Below, one piece after another: positions 45,898 to 58,512 of a stretch of 64,000 nucleotides of DNA. A model generated the notes under the pieces. That model was not told where the DNA came from. It saw only the letters and a program-made list of their open reading frames with translations, and searched no databases. A program made the translations under genes and the position numbers. Source of the stretch: an uncultured Actinomycetota bacterium (GTDB taxonomy: Bacteria > Actinomycetota > Actinomycetes > Propionibacteriales > Nocardioidaceae); the NCBI GenBank assembly GCA_963726525.1, contig CAVSCS010000007.1:69410-133409 (forward strand), written 5' to 3'. Position 1 is the stretch's first letter, and each line of letters begins with the position of its first letter.

Positions 45898-45932
45898 GAA
45901 GGACCCCCTCCCGGTGTGGGAGGGGGTCCTTC
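45898..45932 (-). terminator. Putative intrinsic terminator hairpin downstream of metK
   Basis: A perfect 15-bp stem, GAAGGACCCCCTCCC / GGGAGGGGGTCCTTC, with a 5-nt loop lies 27 nt after the metK stop. There is no U-tract, as in many actinobacterial terminators. Confidence 0.55.
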
Positions 45933-45958
45933 GGTGGAGCAGGTCGGGCGGGTGCCTC

Positions 45959-47161
45959 TCAGACGCCGGCGGCGGCCTTCAGCTTCTCGGCGCGGTCGGT
46001 GCTCTCCCAGGTGAACTCGGGCAGCTCGCGACCGAAGTGGCCGTAGGCCGAGGTCTTCGCGTAGATCGGGCGCAGGAGGTCGAGGTCGCGGATGATCGCG
46101 GCCGGACGCAGGTCGAAGACCTCGAGCACGGCCTCCTGGATCTTCTCGTCGGACACGACGCCGGTGCCGAAGGTCTCGATGAAGACACCGACCGGGGCGG
46201 CCTTGCCGATGGCGTAGGCGACCTGGGCCTCGCAGCGACGGGCGAGCCCGGCCGCGACGACGTTCTTGGCGACCCAGCGCATGGCGTAGGCGGCCGAGCG
46301 GTCGACCTTCGACGGGTCCTTGCCGGAGAAGGCGCCGCCGCCGTGACGCGCCATGCCGCCGTAGGTGTCGACGATGATCTTGCGGCCGGTCAGCCCGGCG
46401 TCGCCCATCGGACCGCCGATGACGAAGGTGCCGGTGGGGTTGACCAGCATCCGGTAGCTCTCGGAGGGCAGGTCGAACGTCGAGAGCACGGGGTCGATCA
46501 CGTGCTGCTTGATGTCGGCCTCGAGCGTGGCGTGGTCGACGTGGGCGTCGTGCTGGGTCGACAGCACGACGGTGTCGATGCGCACCGGGCGGTCGTCCTC
46601 GTCGTACTCGATGGTGACCTGGGTCTTGCCGTCGGGACGGAGGTAGTCGAGCGTGCCGTCCTTGCGCACCTCGGAGAGGCGCTGGGCCAGGCGCTGGGCG
46701 ATCGTGATCGGGAGCGGCATCAGCTCGGGGGTGTCGTCGCAGGCGTAGCCGAACATGAGGCCCTGGTCGCCGGCGCCGCGCTTGTCGAGCTCGTCCTCGC
46801 TGGAGCCCACACGCGACTCGTGGCCGGCGTCGACACCGGCGGCGATGTCGCTGGACTGGGCGCCGATGGCGACCTGCACGCCGCACGTGGTGCCGTCGAA
46901 GCCCTTCTCCGAGGAGTCGTAGCCGATGTCGAGGATCGCCTTGCGGACGATGTCGGCGACCGGGGCGTACGCCGTGGTGCGGACCTCGCCCGCGACGACG
47001 ACCAGACCGGTCGTCAGCAGGGTCTCGACCGCCACGCGCAGGTTGGCGCGGTCGGGATCCTCGGACATGAGGTGGTCGAGGACCGAGTCGCTGATGCGGT
47101 CGGCGATCTTGTCCGGGTGACCCTCGGTCACGGACTCCGAGGTGAACAGGCGTCCTGCCAC
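45959..47161 (-). CDS. metK: S-adenosylmethionine synthase
   Basis: 400 aa with [26 protein letters not shown] and [19 protein letters not shown]. Confidence 0.95.
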   Translation of the reverse strand: MAGRLFTSESVTEGHPDKIADRISDSVLDHLMSEDPDRANLRVAVETLLTTGLVVVAGEVRTTAYAPVADIVRKAILDIGYDSSEKGFDGTTCGVQVAIGAQSSDIAAGVDAGHESRVGSSEDELDKRGAGDQGLMFGYACDDTPELMPLPITIAQRLAQRLSEVRKDGTLDYLRPDGKTQVTIEYDEDDRPVRIDTVVLSTQHDAHVDHATLEADIKQHVIDPVLSTFDLPSESYRMLVNPTGTFVIGGPMGDAGLTGRKIIVDTYGGMARHGGGAFSGKDPSKVDRSAAYAMRWVAKNVVAAGLARRCEAQVAYAIGKAAPVGVFIETFGTGVVSDEKIQEAVLEVFDLRPAAIIRDLDLLRPIYAKTSAYGHFGRELPEFTWESTDRAEKLKAAAGV

Positions 47162-47233
47162 GGTGCTCTCAATTCTGGTGTGGGGCGGTGGAGTTTCAAA
47201 CGTACCTGCTGACCAGCATCCGGGACGCCGATC

Positions 47234-48487
47234 TCAGTCGGCGAATCGCCGGACGACCTCGTCCCAGATCACGTGAGCCAGGGCCGTCTTGCTGCCGTGG
47301 GGCACCTCGACCGCGTCGCCGTCGGCGCCGAGGATCACCGCCTCGTTGTCGGCACTGCCGAAGACCGCACCCCCGCTGACGTCGTTGACGACGAGGAGGT
47401 CGCAGCCCTTGCGGGCCAGCTTGGCGCGGGCGAGGTCGAGCACCGACCCGGTGGCGTCACCGGTCTCGGCGGCGAAGCCGACGATGACGGCGCCGTCACG
47501 GGCGCGGTCGTGGGAGATCTCGGCGAGGACGTCGGGGTTCTGCGCCAGCTCGATCGCGGGCGCGGAGCCGTCGTCGGACTTCTTGATCTTGGCCTCGGAC
47601 ACCGCGGTGGGGCGGAAGTCCGCCGGTGCGGCGGCCATCACCACGGCGTCGGCGGTGGCGGTGGCGGCGATCACGGCCTCCCGCAGCTGCGCGGTCGTCT
47701 CGACGCGCACGACGCTGGCACCGGCCGGGTCGGGCAGGGACACGTTGGCGCTGACGAGGGTCACGTGGGCTCCGCGCGCCACCGCGGCGCGGGCGAGGGC
47801 GTAGCCCTGCAGTCCCGAGGAGCGGTTGCCGAGGAAGCGCACCGGGTCGAGGTACTCCCGGGTTCCTCCGGCCGAGACCACGACCTTTGTCCCGGCGAGG
47901 TCCTGGGGCGCGCTCGCACCGCGCTCGAGCACGCCCGTGGCGAGCTCGAAGATCTCCGCCGGCTCGGGGAGGCGGCCCTTGCCGGTGTCGGCGCCGGTGA
48001 GCCGGCCCTCGGCCGGCTCGATGACGACGACCCCGCGGCGGCGCAGCGTCTCGACGTTGGCCTGGGTGGCGGGGTGCTCCCACATCTCGGTGTGCATCGC
48101 CGGGGCGAGCACGACCGGGCAGCGGGCGGTGAGCAGGGTGTTGGTGAGCAGGTCGTCGGCCAGGCCGTGCGCTGCTCGTGCGAGCAGGTCGGCGGTCGCC
48201 GGGGCGACCACGACCAGGTCGGCCTCCTGGCCGATCCGGACGTGGGGCACCAGGTGCACGTCGTCCCACACCACGGTCGAGACGGGCTTGCCCGACAGGG
48301 CCGCCCACGTGGGCGCGCCCACGAACTCCAGCGCCGACGCGGTGGGGACCACCGTGACGTCGTGGCCGGACTCGGTGAAGCGGCGCAGGAGCTCGCACGC
48401 CTTGTAGGCGGCGATGCCGCCCCCGACGCCGAGGACGACCTTGCGAGGCGGTTGCGGGGCAACCGCCTCGTGGCGCCTGTCGGTCAC
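47234..48487 (-). CDS. coaBC: Bifunctional phosphopantothenoylcysteine decarboxylase / phosphopantothenate-cysteine ligase
   Basis: 417 aa. The N-terminal flavoprotein half has VVLGVGGGIAAYK and PAMHTEMW. The C-terminal CoaB half has SAGGTREYLDPVRFLGNRSSG. Confidence 0.9.
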   Translation of the reverse strand: MTDRRHEAVAPQPPRKVVLGVGGGIAAYKACELLRRFTESGHDVTVVPTASALEFVGAPTWAALSGKPVSTVVWDDVHLVPHVRIGQEADLVVVAPATADLLARAAHGLADDLLTNTLLTARCPVVLAPAMHTEMWEHPATQANVETLRRRGVVVIEPAEGRLTGADTGKGRLPEPAEIFELATGVLERGASAPQDLAGTKVVVSAGGTREYLDPVRFLGNRSSGLQGYALARAAVARGAHVTLVSANVSLPDPAGASVVRVETTAQLREAVIAATATADAVVMAAAPADFRPTAVSEAKIKKSDDGSAPAIELAQNPDVLAEISHDRARDGAVIVGFAAETGDATGSVLDLARAKLARKGCDLLVVNDVSGGAVFGSADNEAVILGADGDAVEVPHGSKTALAHVIWDEVVRRFAD

Positions 48488-48500
48488 CGGAGGACTCGCG

Positions 48501-48812
48501 TCACTCCGTCGCGTCGCCGGCGGCAGCCTCGGCAGCGGCGGCCTCGGCGGCGGGGTCGATGTCCTCGCAGGTCAGGAGGTCGTCGTTGATCTCGCGCAGC
48601 GCGATCGACAGCGGCTTCTCCTGGACGTGGGTGTCGACGAGCGGGCCGACGTACTCGAGCAGGCCCTCGCCGAGCTGGGAGTAGTAGGCGTTGATCTGAC
48701 GGGCGCGCTGGGCGCTGTAGAGCACCAGCTTGTACTTGCTGTCGGTCTTGGTGAGCAGGTCATCGATCGAGGGGTTGGTCACGCCCTCGGCGGCGATGGT
48801 GGGAGAAGCCAC
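48501..48812 (-). CDS. rpoZ: DNA-directed RNA polymerase subunit omega
   Basis: 103 aa with [20 protein letters not shown] and an acidic tail. It sits in the gmk-rpoZ-coaBC order. Confidence 0.9.
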   Translation of the reverse strand: MASPTIAAEGVTNPSIDDLLTKTDSKYKLVLYSAQRARQINAYYSQLGEGLLEYVGPLVDTHVQEKPLSIALREINDDLLTCEDIDPAAEAAAAEAAAGDATE

Positions 48813-48827
48813 GGTGCAGGTGCCTCG

Positions 48828-49430
48828 CTAGTCAGAAGGGGGTGATGCAGGTCCAACCATCAAGGCTACCAACTCGTCGGCTGCAGCGTGAACTTCGTGG
48901 TTGACGATGGTCACGTCGAACTCGCTCTCGGCGGCCAGCTCGTCGCGGGCGGTCTCGAGCCGGCGCTCCCGCTCGGCCTCGGTCTCGGTGCCACGCCCGA
49001 CCAGGCGGCGGACCAACTCGTCCCACGACGGCGGCTTGAGAAAGACGAAGAGAGCCTCCGGCATGGTCTCGCGCACCTGGCGGGCGCCCTGGAGGTCGAT
49101 CTCCAGCATCGCGGGCTTGCCGGAGGCCAGGGCGAGGTCGACGGGACCGCGCGGCGTGCCGTAGCGGGCGGCCTTGTGGACCACGGCCCACTCCAGCAGG
49201 TCGCCCTGGTCGACCATCGCGTCGAACTCCGCGTCGGAGACGAACCAGTAGTGGACGCCGTTCTCCTCGCCGGGGCGCGGGGCGCGGGTGGTGGCCGAGA
49301 CGGAGAGCCACACCTCGGGGTGCGTCTCGCGCACGGCCGCGGCCACGGTGCCCTTGCCGACCGCGGTGGGTCCGGCGAGCACGATCAGCCGCGAACGACC
49401 CGGAGCGCTGTCTGCTGCGGGTCCGGTCAC
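48828..49430 (-). CDS. gmk: Guanylate kinase
   Basis: P-loop [12 protein letters not shown], followed by [19 protein letters not shown]. The GTG at 49430 overlaps the mihF stop (GTGA). Confidence 0.9.
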   Translation of the reverse strand: MTGPAADSAPGRSRLIVLAGPTAVGKGTVAAAVRETHPEVWLSVSATTRAPRPGEENGVHYWFVSDAEFDAMVDQGDLLEWAVVHKAARYGTPRGPVDLALASGKPAMLEIDLQGARQVRETMPEALFVFLKPPSWDELVRRLVGRGTETEAERERRLETARDELAAESEFDVTIVNHEVHAAADELVALMVGPASPPSD

Positions 49431-49750
49431 GACGCGTCGGGGCCGAACTCGCGCTCGAGCGCGGCGACCTGCTTGACGCCCAGGCCACGCACGCGCCGGC
49501 TCTCGGCGATGCCGAGGCGCTGCATGGTCTGCCGGGCGCGGACCCGCCCCAGCCCGGGGACCGACTGGAGCAGCTCCACGACGCGCATCTTGCCGATGAC
49601 CTCGTTGGTGCGGCCCTCCTCGAGGACGTCGAGGATCGAGCCCCCGGAGTTCTTCAGGCGGTTCTTGACCTCGGCACGCTCGCGGCGCGAGGCCGCGGCC
49701 TTGTCGAGGGCTGCCTGGCGCTGCTCGGGCGTCAGAGGGGGCAAGGCCAC
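49427..49750 (-). CDS. mihF: Actinobacterial integration host factor mIHF
   Basis: 107 aa: [32 protein letters not shown]...[16 protein letters not shown] start with GAAGGA 9 nt upstream. Confidence 0.85.
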   Translation of the reverse strand: MALPPLTPEQRQAALDKAAASRRERAEVKNRLKNSGGSILDVLEEGRTNEVIGKMRVVELLQSVPGLGRVRARQTMQRLGIAESRRVRGLGVKQVAALEREFGPDAS

Positions 49751-49808
49751 GAAAGCTGTCCTTCAGGTCGGTTCAGGGTGGGGCTCGGTGGGGCGTGGGG
49801 TGCGGGTC

Positions 49809-49838
49809 AATCTAGTCAGGTCCCGCGTCGGCAGGCAA
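49809..49838 (-). promoter_or_regulatory. Candidate sigma-70-type promoter of mihF (TTGCCT-N18-TAGATT)
   Basis: Reading the minus strand, the -35 element TTGCCT is at 49838..49833 and the -10 element TAGATT at 49814..49809, about 55-60 nt upstream of the mihF GTG. This is pattern match only. Confidence 0.35.
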
Positions 49839-49891
49839 TCGGGCGCCGCGGTGCACGGTGCCGGCGTGATGTTCGCCATGACGGCGGTGCG

Positions 49892-50347
49892 TCAGCGTGC
49901 CAGCGGGGTCCCGCAGACGTCGAGCGCGTGCTGCTCCACCGACGCCATCGCGCTCACCGTCTGCTCCGAGCCGACCTCGCGGGCGGCGGCCTCGATCGCG
50001 CGCCGGTCGTCGTCCGCGAGCCCGTCGGGCGGGTCGTCGGCGGAGTACGTCGAGGGGTCCACGCCGGCCGCCTCGACCGCCTCCTGGAGGTCGCGCAGCG
50101 GGCCGACGACCGCGGCCCAGTCGTCGGCGACGTCGCGGGGCGCGCGGTCGGCGAGGTCGGCGTAGGCGTCGAGGACGTCGAACAACGCTCCGGGGTCCTC
50201 CGAGCTCGCGACGTCGCTCAGCGCCGCCTGGTGCGCGCGGACCGCGTCGCAGTAGTCGTCCTGCGGGTCGCCGGAGCACCCGGTGGTCACCGTCAGGACC
50301 AGCGGCACGACCAGCCCGGCGGCGAGGAGCGCGCGGGCTCGGGTCAC
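49892..50347 (-). CDS. Small lipoprotein of unknown function
   Basis: The GTG at 50347 overlaps the pyrF stop (GTGA). It begins VTRARALLAAGLVVPLVLTVTTGC|SG (lipobox-like) and is 151 aa. Confidence 0.55.
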   Translation of the reverse strand: MTRARALLAAGLVVPLVLTVTTGCSGDPQDDYCDAVRAHQAALSDVASSEDPGALFDVLDAYADLADRAPRDVADDWAAVVGPLRDLQEAVEAAGVDPSTYSADDPPDGLADDDRRAIEAAAREVGSEQTVSAMASVEQHALDVCGTPLAR

Positions 50348-51168
50348 GCCCCGAGTCCTCGCACGGCGTCGTTGCCGCGCAGGGCCGCGTCGCGCAGCGC
50401 CGTCACGTCGGGCCCGGCGCGCAGCACCTCGCGGCTCGAGCTCGGCAGGGCCCAGCGCGCGGCGCGTCCGAAGATCCGCTCGAGGTCGGCCACCGTGCCG
50501 CCCTGGGCACCGAACCCGGGCACCAGGAGGGGACCGTTGACGTCGAGGTCCTCCCCCGTCTCCCCGATGGTCGCCCCGACGACCGCGCCGAACGACCCGA
50601 CCGGCGCGGCGCCGTCGTTGGCGCGGCGGAGGTGGTCGAGCACGGCTCCGGCCACCGTGGTGTCGCCCGAGCGCGCGTGCTGGACCTCCGGGCCCTCCTT
50701 GTTGGACGTCAGTGCGAGCACGAAGAGTCCGCCCCCGTGGCGCCGGCAGCCTTCCAGCATCGGGTCGAGGGAGCCGAAGCCCAGGAAGGGGCTGGCGGTG
50801 ATGGCGTCGGAGGCGAGCGGGGAGGTCGGGTCGAGGTAGGCGTCGGCGTAGGCCTGGCTGGTCGAGCCGATGTCGCCGCGCTTGACGTCCATCAGCACGA
50901 GTGCGCCCGCGGCGCGGGACTCGGCCACGACCCGCTCGAGCACCGCGATCCCGCGGCTGCCGAAGCGCTCGTAGAAGGCGCTCTGCGGCTTCACCACGCC
51001 GACGACGGGCGCGACGGCCTCGACGACGGTGAGCGCGAAGCGCTCCAGCGACGCGACGTCGTCGGACAGGCCCCACTCCCGGAGCAGGCCGGCGTGGGGG
51101 TCGATGCCGACGCAGAACCGGCCGCGCTCGTCGATGGCGCGGGCGAGGCGGGTGCCGAAGGGGGTCAT
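50344..51168 (-). CDS. pyrF: Orotidine 5'-phosphate decarboxylase (type 2)
   Basis: The ATG at 51168 has GGGAGGA upstream. Motifs: CVGIDPH, VKPQSAFYE, LMDVKRGDIGST and PGFGAQGG. Confidence 0.9.
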   Translation of the reverse strand: MTPFGTRLARAIDERGRFCVGIDPHAGLLREWGLSDDVASLERFALTVVEAVAPVVGVVKPQSAFYERFGSRGIAVLERVVAESRAAGALVLMDVKRGDIGSTSQAYADAYLDPTSPLASDAITASPFLGFGSLDPMLEGCRRHGGGLFVLALTSNKEGPEVQHARSGDTTVAGAVLDHLRRANDGAAPVGSFGAVVGATIGETGEDLDVNGPLLVPGFGAQGGTVADLERIFGRAARWALPSSSREVLRAGPDVTALRDAALRGNDAVRGLGA

Positions 51169-51999
51169 GCGTCCTCCCGGAGGGGTGCGAGGTCGGCCCG
51201 GAGACGGGCGACGGTGGTGGGGTCGTGCAGGAGCGCGGTGCCGACCTGGACCGCGCGGGCGCCGGCGTCGAGGTAGGTGCGCGCGGAGGCGACGTCGTGG
51301 ACGCCGCCGCAGGCGATGACGGGGACGTCGGGCAGCGCGCGGGCCACGGCCACCACGCACCGCAGCGAGACGGCCCCGGCGGCCGGTCCGCTGAGGCCAC
51401 CGGAGCGGCCGTCGGCGAAGGCCGCCGGCACGGCGTTGCCCAGGACCACCGCCGTGGCACCGGCCTCGTGGCACGCGCGGGCGCCCTCGACCACGCGGGA
51501 AGGCGTCGGGCCGCAGCTTGGCCAGCACCGGCCGGTCGCTCGGGAACTCGCGGCGCACGGCCGCGACCACGCTGGCGGCGTGGAAGGGCTCGCGGGTCTC
51601 GAAGAGCCCGGCGCCGACGTCGTCGGGCGACCCGACGTTGACCTCCAGGCCGGCCACGCCGGGGGCCAGGGCCAGGCGACGGGCGAGGTCGGCGTACTCC
51701 CCCATCGTCGCGCCGGCGACCGACACGTGGACCTCGACGCCGGCACGCACCAGCCACGGCAGCTCGGTGGCCAGGAAGTGCTCGAGACCGGGGTTCGGGA
51801 GCCCGACGGCGTTGACCAGCCCGCCCGGCACCTCGGCGATCCGGCGTCCGGTCGTGCCGGTGCGCGCGTCGAGGGTGATGGACCGGGTGACGAACGCCAG
51901 CCCGGCCAGGCCGTCGGGGCCGGAGTACGCCGCGAGCTCGCGCCCGGTGCCACCGCAGCCGGACGCGACCATGACCGGCCCGGGCAGCGCGGCGCTCAC
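51165..51999 (-). pseudogene. pyrD: Dihydroorotate dehydrogenase class 1B catalytic subunit, reading frame broken by one extra base
   Basis: The N-terminal 165 codons ([19 protein letters not shown]...NVGSPD...RPVLAKLRPDA) are in the frame of ORF 50344..52635. The C-terminal part (RVVEGARACHEAGATAVVLGN...GGLSGPA...PVIACGGV...) is in the frame of ORF 51165..51953. The switch lies between 51495 and 51505. The span is 835 nt, which is 3n+1. Confidence 0.8.
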
Positions 52000-52802
52000 A
52001 GGGCGTCCCAGCGGACCCGGTCGCCGCGGACGACGGGGCCCTCGGCGCAGGCACGCACCACGCGGTCGATGCCGTCCTCGCCCACGACCGGCAGCGGGCA
52101 GCCGTGGCACAGGCCGGTGCCGCAGGGGGTGGGCCGCTCCACCGCGACCTGGCACCAGGCGCCGTGGCGCTCGGCGGCCGCTGCGGCAGCGCGCAGGACC
52201 GCGGTGGGCCCGGCGGCGTAGACCACGTCCACGTCCCGGCCGACCAGCTCGTCGACGTGGTCGGGCACCGTGCCGCGACGCCCGACCGAGCCGTCGGCGG
52301 TCAGGACCGTCACCGAGCGGGCGGAGCGGCGCGCCTCGAGGGCCGACAGCAGCTGCGACTCCTCCGGGGCGGAGGCGACCAGCGACACCGCGCAGCCCCG
52401 CTCGCGCAGCCGCTCGGCGAGCGGGAAGAGCGGCGCCGCGGCGTACGCCTCCCCCACCAGCAGGCAGGAGACGGGGTCCTTGGGCAGCGCGAAGGGACGT
52501 CCCAGCGGCCCGGTGATCTCGACGGGGGCGCCGACCGGCTGGGCGGCCAGCCAGCGGGTGCCGACGCCGACGGGGTCGACGACCACGTCGAGAGTCGGGC
52601 CGAACGCGCTCGACGCCCGCACCCGGTGGATCCACAGCGCCCGGCGGGCGACGTGCCCGGCGACGCTGACCGCGACGAAGGTGCCGGCACGGAACCGCTC
52701 CGGGACGCCGGGCGCGGCGAGGGTGAGGTGGCGGTGCGCACCGACCCGCTTCGACGCCACGATCTCGCCGTGGACGTGGACCGGCTCGCGGGACTCAGCC
52801 AC
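51996..52802 (-). CDS. pyrK: Dihydroorotate dehydrogenase electron-transfer subunit (PyrK-like, FAD / 2Fe-2S)
   Basis: 268 aa. It has a ferredoxin-reductase-like fold and a C-terminal Cys cluster, CGTGLCHGC...RACAEGPV. Confidence 0.75.
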   Translation of the reverse strand: MAESREPVHVHGEIVASKRVGAHRHLTLAAPGVPERFRAGTFVAVSVAGHVARRALWIHRVRASSAFGPTLDVVVDPVGVGTRWLAAQPVGAPVEITGPLGRPFALPKDPVSCLLVGEAYAAAPLFPLAERLRERGCAVSLVASAPEESQLLSALEARRSARSVTVLTADGSVGRRGTVPDHVDELVGRDVDVVYAAGPTAVLRAAAAAAERHGAWCQVAVERPTPCGTGLCHGCPLPVVGEDGIDRVVRACAEGPVVRGDRVRWDAL

Positions 52803-53863
52803 CGGCGACCAGCCCGCGCACGAGCCGGCGCGGCCACAGCGGACCCTCGTAGACGAACGCGGTGTAGCCCTGCAGCAGGTCGGCGCCGGCGGCCAGGCGG
52901 CGCCGGGCGTCGTCGACGGTGGTGATCCCGCCGACCCCGACCAGCGTCAGGTCGGGGCCCACCCGGTCGCGCAGCATCCGCACCACGTCCTCCGAGCGGG
53001 AGGTCAGCGGTCGCCCGCTCAGTCCGCCGGCACCGATCCGCTCGACCTCGGCGCCGGTCGTGGCCAGGCCGTCGCGGCGGATCGTGGTGTTCGTGGCGAT
53101 GATGCCGTCGAGGCCGCTGGCCAGGGCGAGGTCGGCGACCGCGAGCACGTCGTCGTCGCTGAGGTCGGGCGCGATCTTCACCAGCAGCGGCACCCGGTGG
53201 TCGGGGCGCACCTCGTCGGCGCGACGGCGCACGGCGGCCAGGAGGGGCTCGAGCTTCTCGACCGCCTGGAGGTCGCGCAGCCCCGGGGTGTTGGGCGAGG
53301 AGACGTTGACCACGAGGTAGTCGGCGTGGGGCGCGAGCAGGCCGGCCGACTTCTCGTAGTCGCCGACCGCCTCGTCCTCGGGGACGAGCTTGGTCTTGCC
53401 GATGTTGACGCCGAGGATCGTCGGGCTGCCCGTGCGCCCGTGCCCGGCACGCCAGGCCGCGAGCCGCCGGGCGACGACCTCGGCGCCGTCGTTGTTGAAG
53501 CCCATGCGGTTGACGATCGCGCCGTCGGCGGTGAGGCGGAACAGGCGCGGGCGCGGGTTGCCGGGCTGCGCCTCTCCCGTGACGGTGCCGACCTCGACGT
53601 GGCCGAAGCCGAGCGCGGCGAGGCCGTCGATGCCGACGGCGTTCTTGTCGAAGCCGGCCGCCAGGCCGAGCGGGTGCGGGAACCTCAGCCCGAGGGCCTC
53701 GACCGGCGCGGCGGGCAGCCGCACCGCTCGCGAGGTCAGCGGGGCGGCCCCGCGGATCGCGCGGAACGCCGCGTGGTGGATCCGCTCGGGGTCGAACCGC
53801 GCGAGACCGTGCGCGAACAGGACGTCGTAGGGGCGTGGCGTCGAGGCCCGCTGCGCTCGCACG

Positions 53864-53871
<8 letters not shown>
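52795..53871 (-). CDS. pyrD: Quinone-dependent (class 2) dihydroorotate dehydrogenase
   Basis: 358 aa with [36 protein letters not shown] and GVGGI. Confidence 0.85.
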
Positions 53872-57226
<3,355 letters not shown>

Positions 57227-57227
57227 G

Positions 57228-58424
57228 TCAGGCCTCCGTCGTCTCGGTGGTCGAGGTGCGAGCGGAGCGAGCCTCGACACCGCCCATCAGGTCGCTGAAC
57301 CGGTCGAACAGGTACGCCGCGTCGTGCGGCCCTGCGGCGGCCTCCGGGTGGTACTGGACGGAGAACGAGCGCAGCCGACCGTCGCCGGCGCGCAGCTCGA
57401 GGCCCTCGACGACGTCGTCGTTGAGGCACACGTGGCTGACGGTGACCTTGCCGAACTCGGTCGTCGTGGAGCCCTCGAGCGGGGCGTCGACGGCGAACCC
57501 GTGGTTGTGCGCGGTGACCTCGACCTTGCCGGTGGTGCGGTCCATCACCGGCTGGTTGATGCCGCGGTGGCCGTACTTCAGCTTGTAGGTGTCGAAGCCG
57601 AGCGCGCGGCCGAAGAGCTGGTTGCCGAAGCAGATCCCGAAGTAGGGGATCCCGTCGCGCAGCGCGTCCTGGAGCAGGGCGACCTGGGCGGTCGTCGCCG
57701 CCGGGTCGCCGGGACCGTTGGAGAAGAAGAGCCCGTCGGCGCCGGTCGCGCGGACCTCGTCGAGCGTCGCGGTGGCGGGCAGGACGTGCACCTCGATGCC
57801 GCGCTCGCTCATCATCCGCGGCGTGTTGGCCTTGATGCCGAGGTCGACCGCCGCGACGGTGAAGCGCTTCTCCCCCACGGCCGGGACGACGTAGGCCTCG
57901 GAGGTGCTGACGGCCTCGCTGAGGTTGGCGCCGGTCATCTCGCCGGACTCGCGCACCCGCGCCAGCAGGCGCTCAGCATCGGTCTCGGTCGTGGAGATGC
58001 CCACGCGCATCGCGCCGCGCTCGCGCAGGTGGCGGGTCAGCGCACGCGTGTCGACGCCGCTGATCCCCACCACGCCCTGCTCGCGCAGCGCGTCGTCGAG
58101 GGTGCGGGTGCTGCGCCAGCTGCTCGGCACGCGGGCGGGATCGCGCACGACGTAGCCGGCCACCCAGATGCGCGAGGACTCGGGGTCCTCGTCGTTCATG
58201 CCGGTGTTGCCGACGTGCGGGGCCGTCATCACCACCACCTGGCGGTGGTAGCTCGGGTCGGTCAACGTCTCCTGGTAGCCGGACATGCCGGTGGAGAAGA
58301 CCGCTTCGCCGAAGGTCTCACCCTCGGCGCCGAAGGACTCGCCGCGGAAGGCGCGGCCGTCCTCGAGGACCAGCAGGGCCGGTCGGGTGCCAGATCGGGT
58401 CTGGGCAGGGGCAGGCAGAGCCAT
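57228..58424 (-). CDS. carA: Carbamoyl-phosphate synthase small (glutaminase) subunit
   Basis: The ATG at 58424 has a perfect GAAGGAGG upstream. Motifs: [25 protein letters not shown] (catalytic Cys) and QYHPEA. Confidence 0.9.
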   Translation of the reverse strand: MALPAPAQTRSGTRPALLVLEDGRAFRGESFGAEGETFGEAVFSTGMSGYQETLTDPSYHRQVVVMTAPHVGNTGMNDEDPESSRIWVAGYVVRDPARVPSSWRSTRTLDDALREQGVVGISGVDTRALTRHLRERGAMRVGISTTETDAERLLARVRESGEMTGANLSEAVSTSEAYVVPAVGEKRFTVAAVDLGIKANTPRMMSERGIEVHVLPATATLDEVRATGADGLFFSNGPGDPAATTAQVALLQDALRDGIPYFGICFGNQLFGRALGFDTYKLKYGHRGINQPVMDRTTGKVEVTAHNHGFAVDAPLEGSTTTEFGKVTVSHVCLNDDVVEGLELRAGDGRLRSFSVQYHPEAAAGPHDAAYLFDRFSDLMGGVEARSARTSTTETTEA

Positions 58425-58512
58425 GCCGTACCTCCTTCTCCGCCTCACGGGACGGATCGTTAAAGGATGTTCGAGCCGACGGCGACACTACCAGCGCCGG
58501 GCTCGGCCCGCG

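Noticed and set aside
35944-47212. Very long plus-strand ORFs (35944..39207 at 1087 aa, 39289..44025 at 1578 aa, 42836..47212 at 1458 aa) opposite the giant gene, priA and metK
   Set aside because: Their translations are Arg/Gly/His/Asp/Pro-rich low-complexity strings with no motifs. They are the expected stop-free antisense frames of GC-rich genes, and the minus-strand frames carry recognisable domains.
58425-58512. PyrR-binding attenuator or pyr leader upstream of carA
   Set aside because: I found no PyrR-box-like sequence and no terminator/antiterminator pair in the 88-nt gap. Only a strong SD (GAAGGAGG) is evident.
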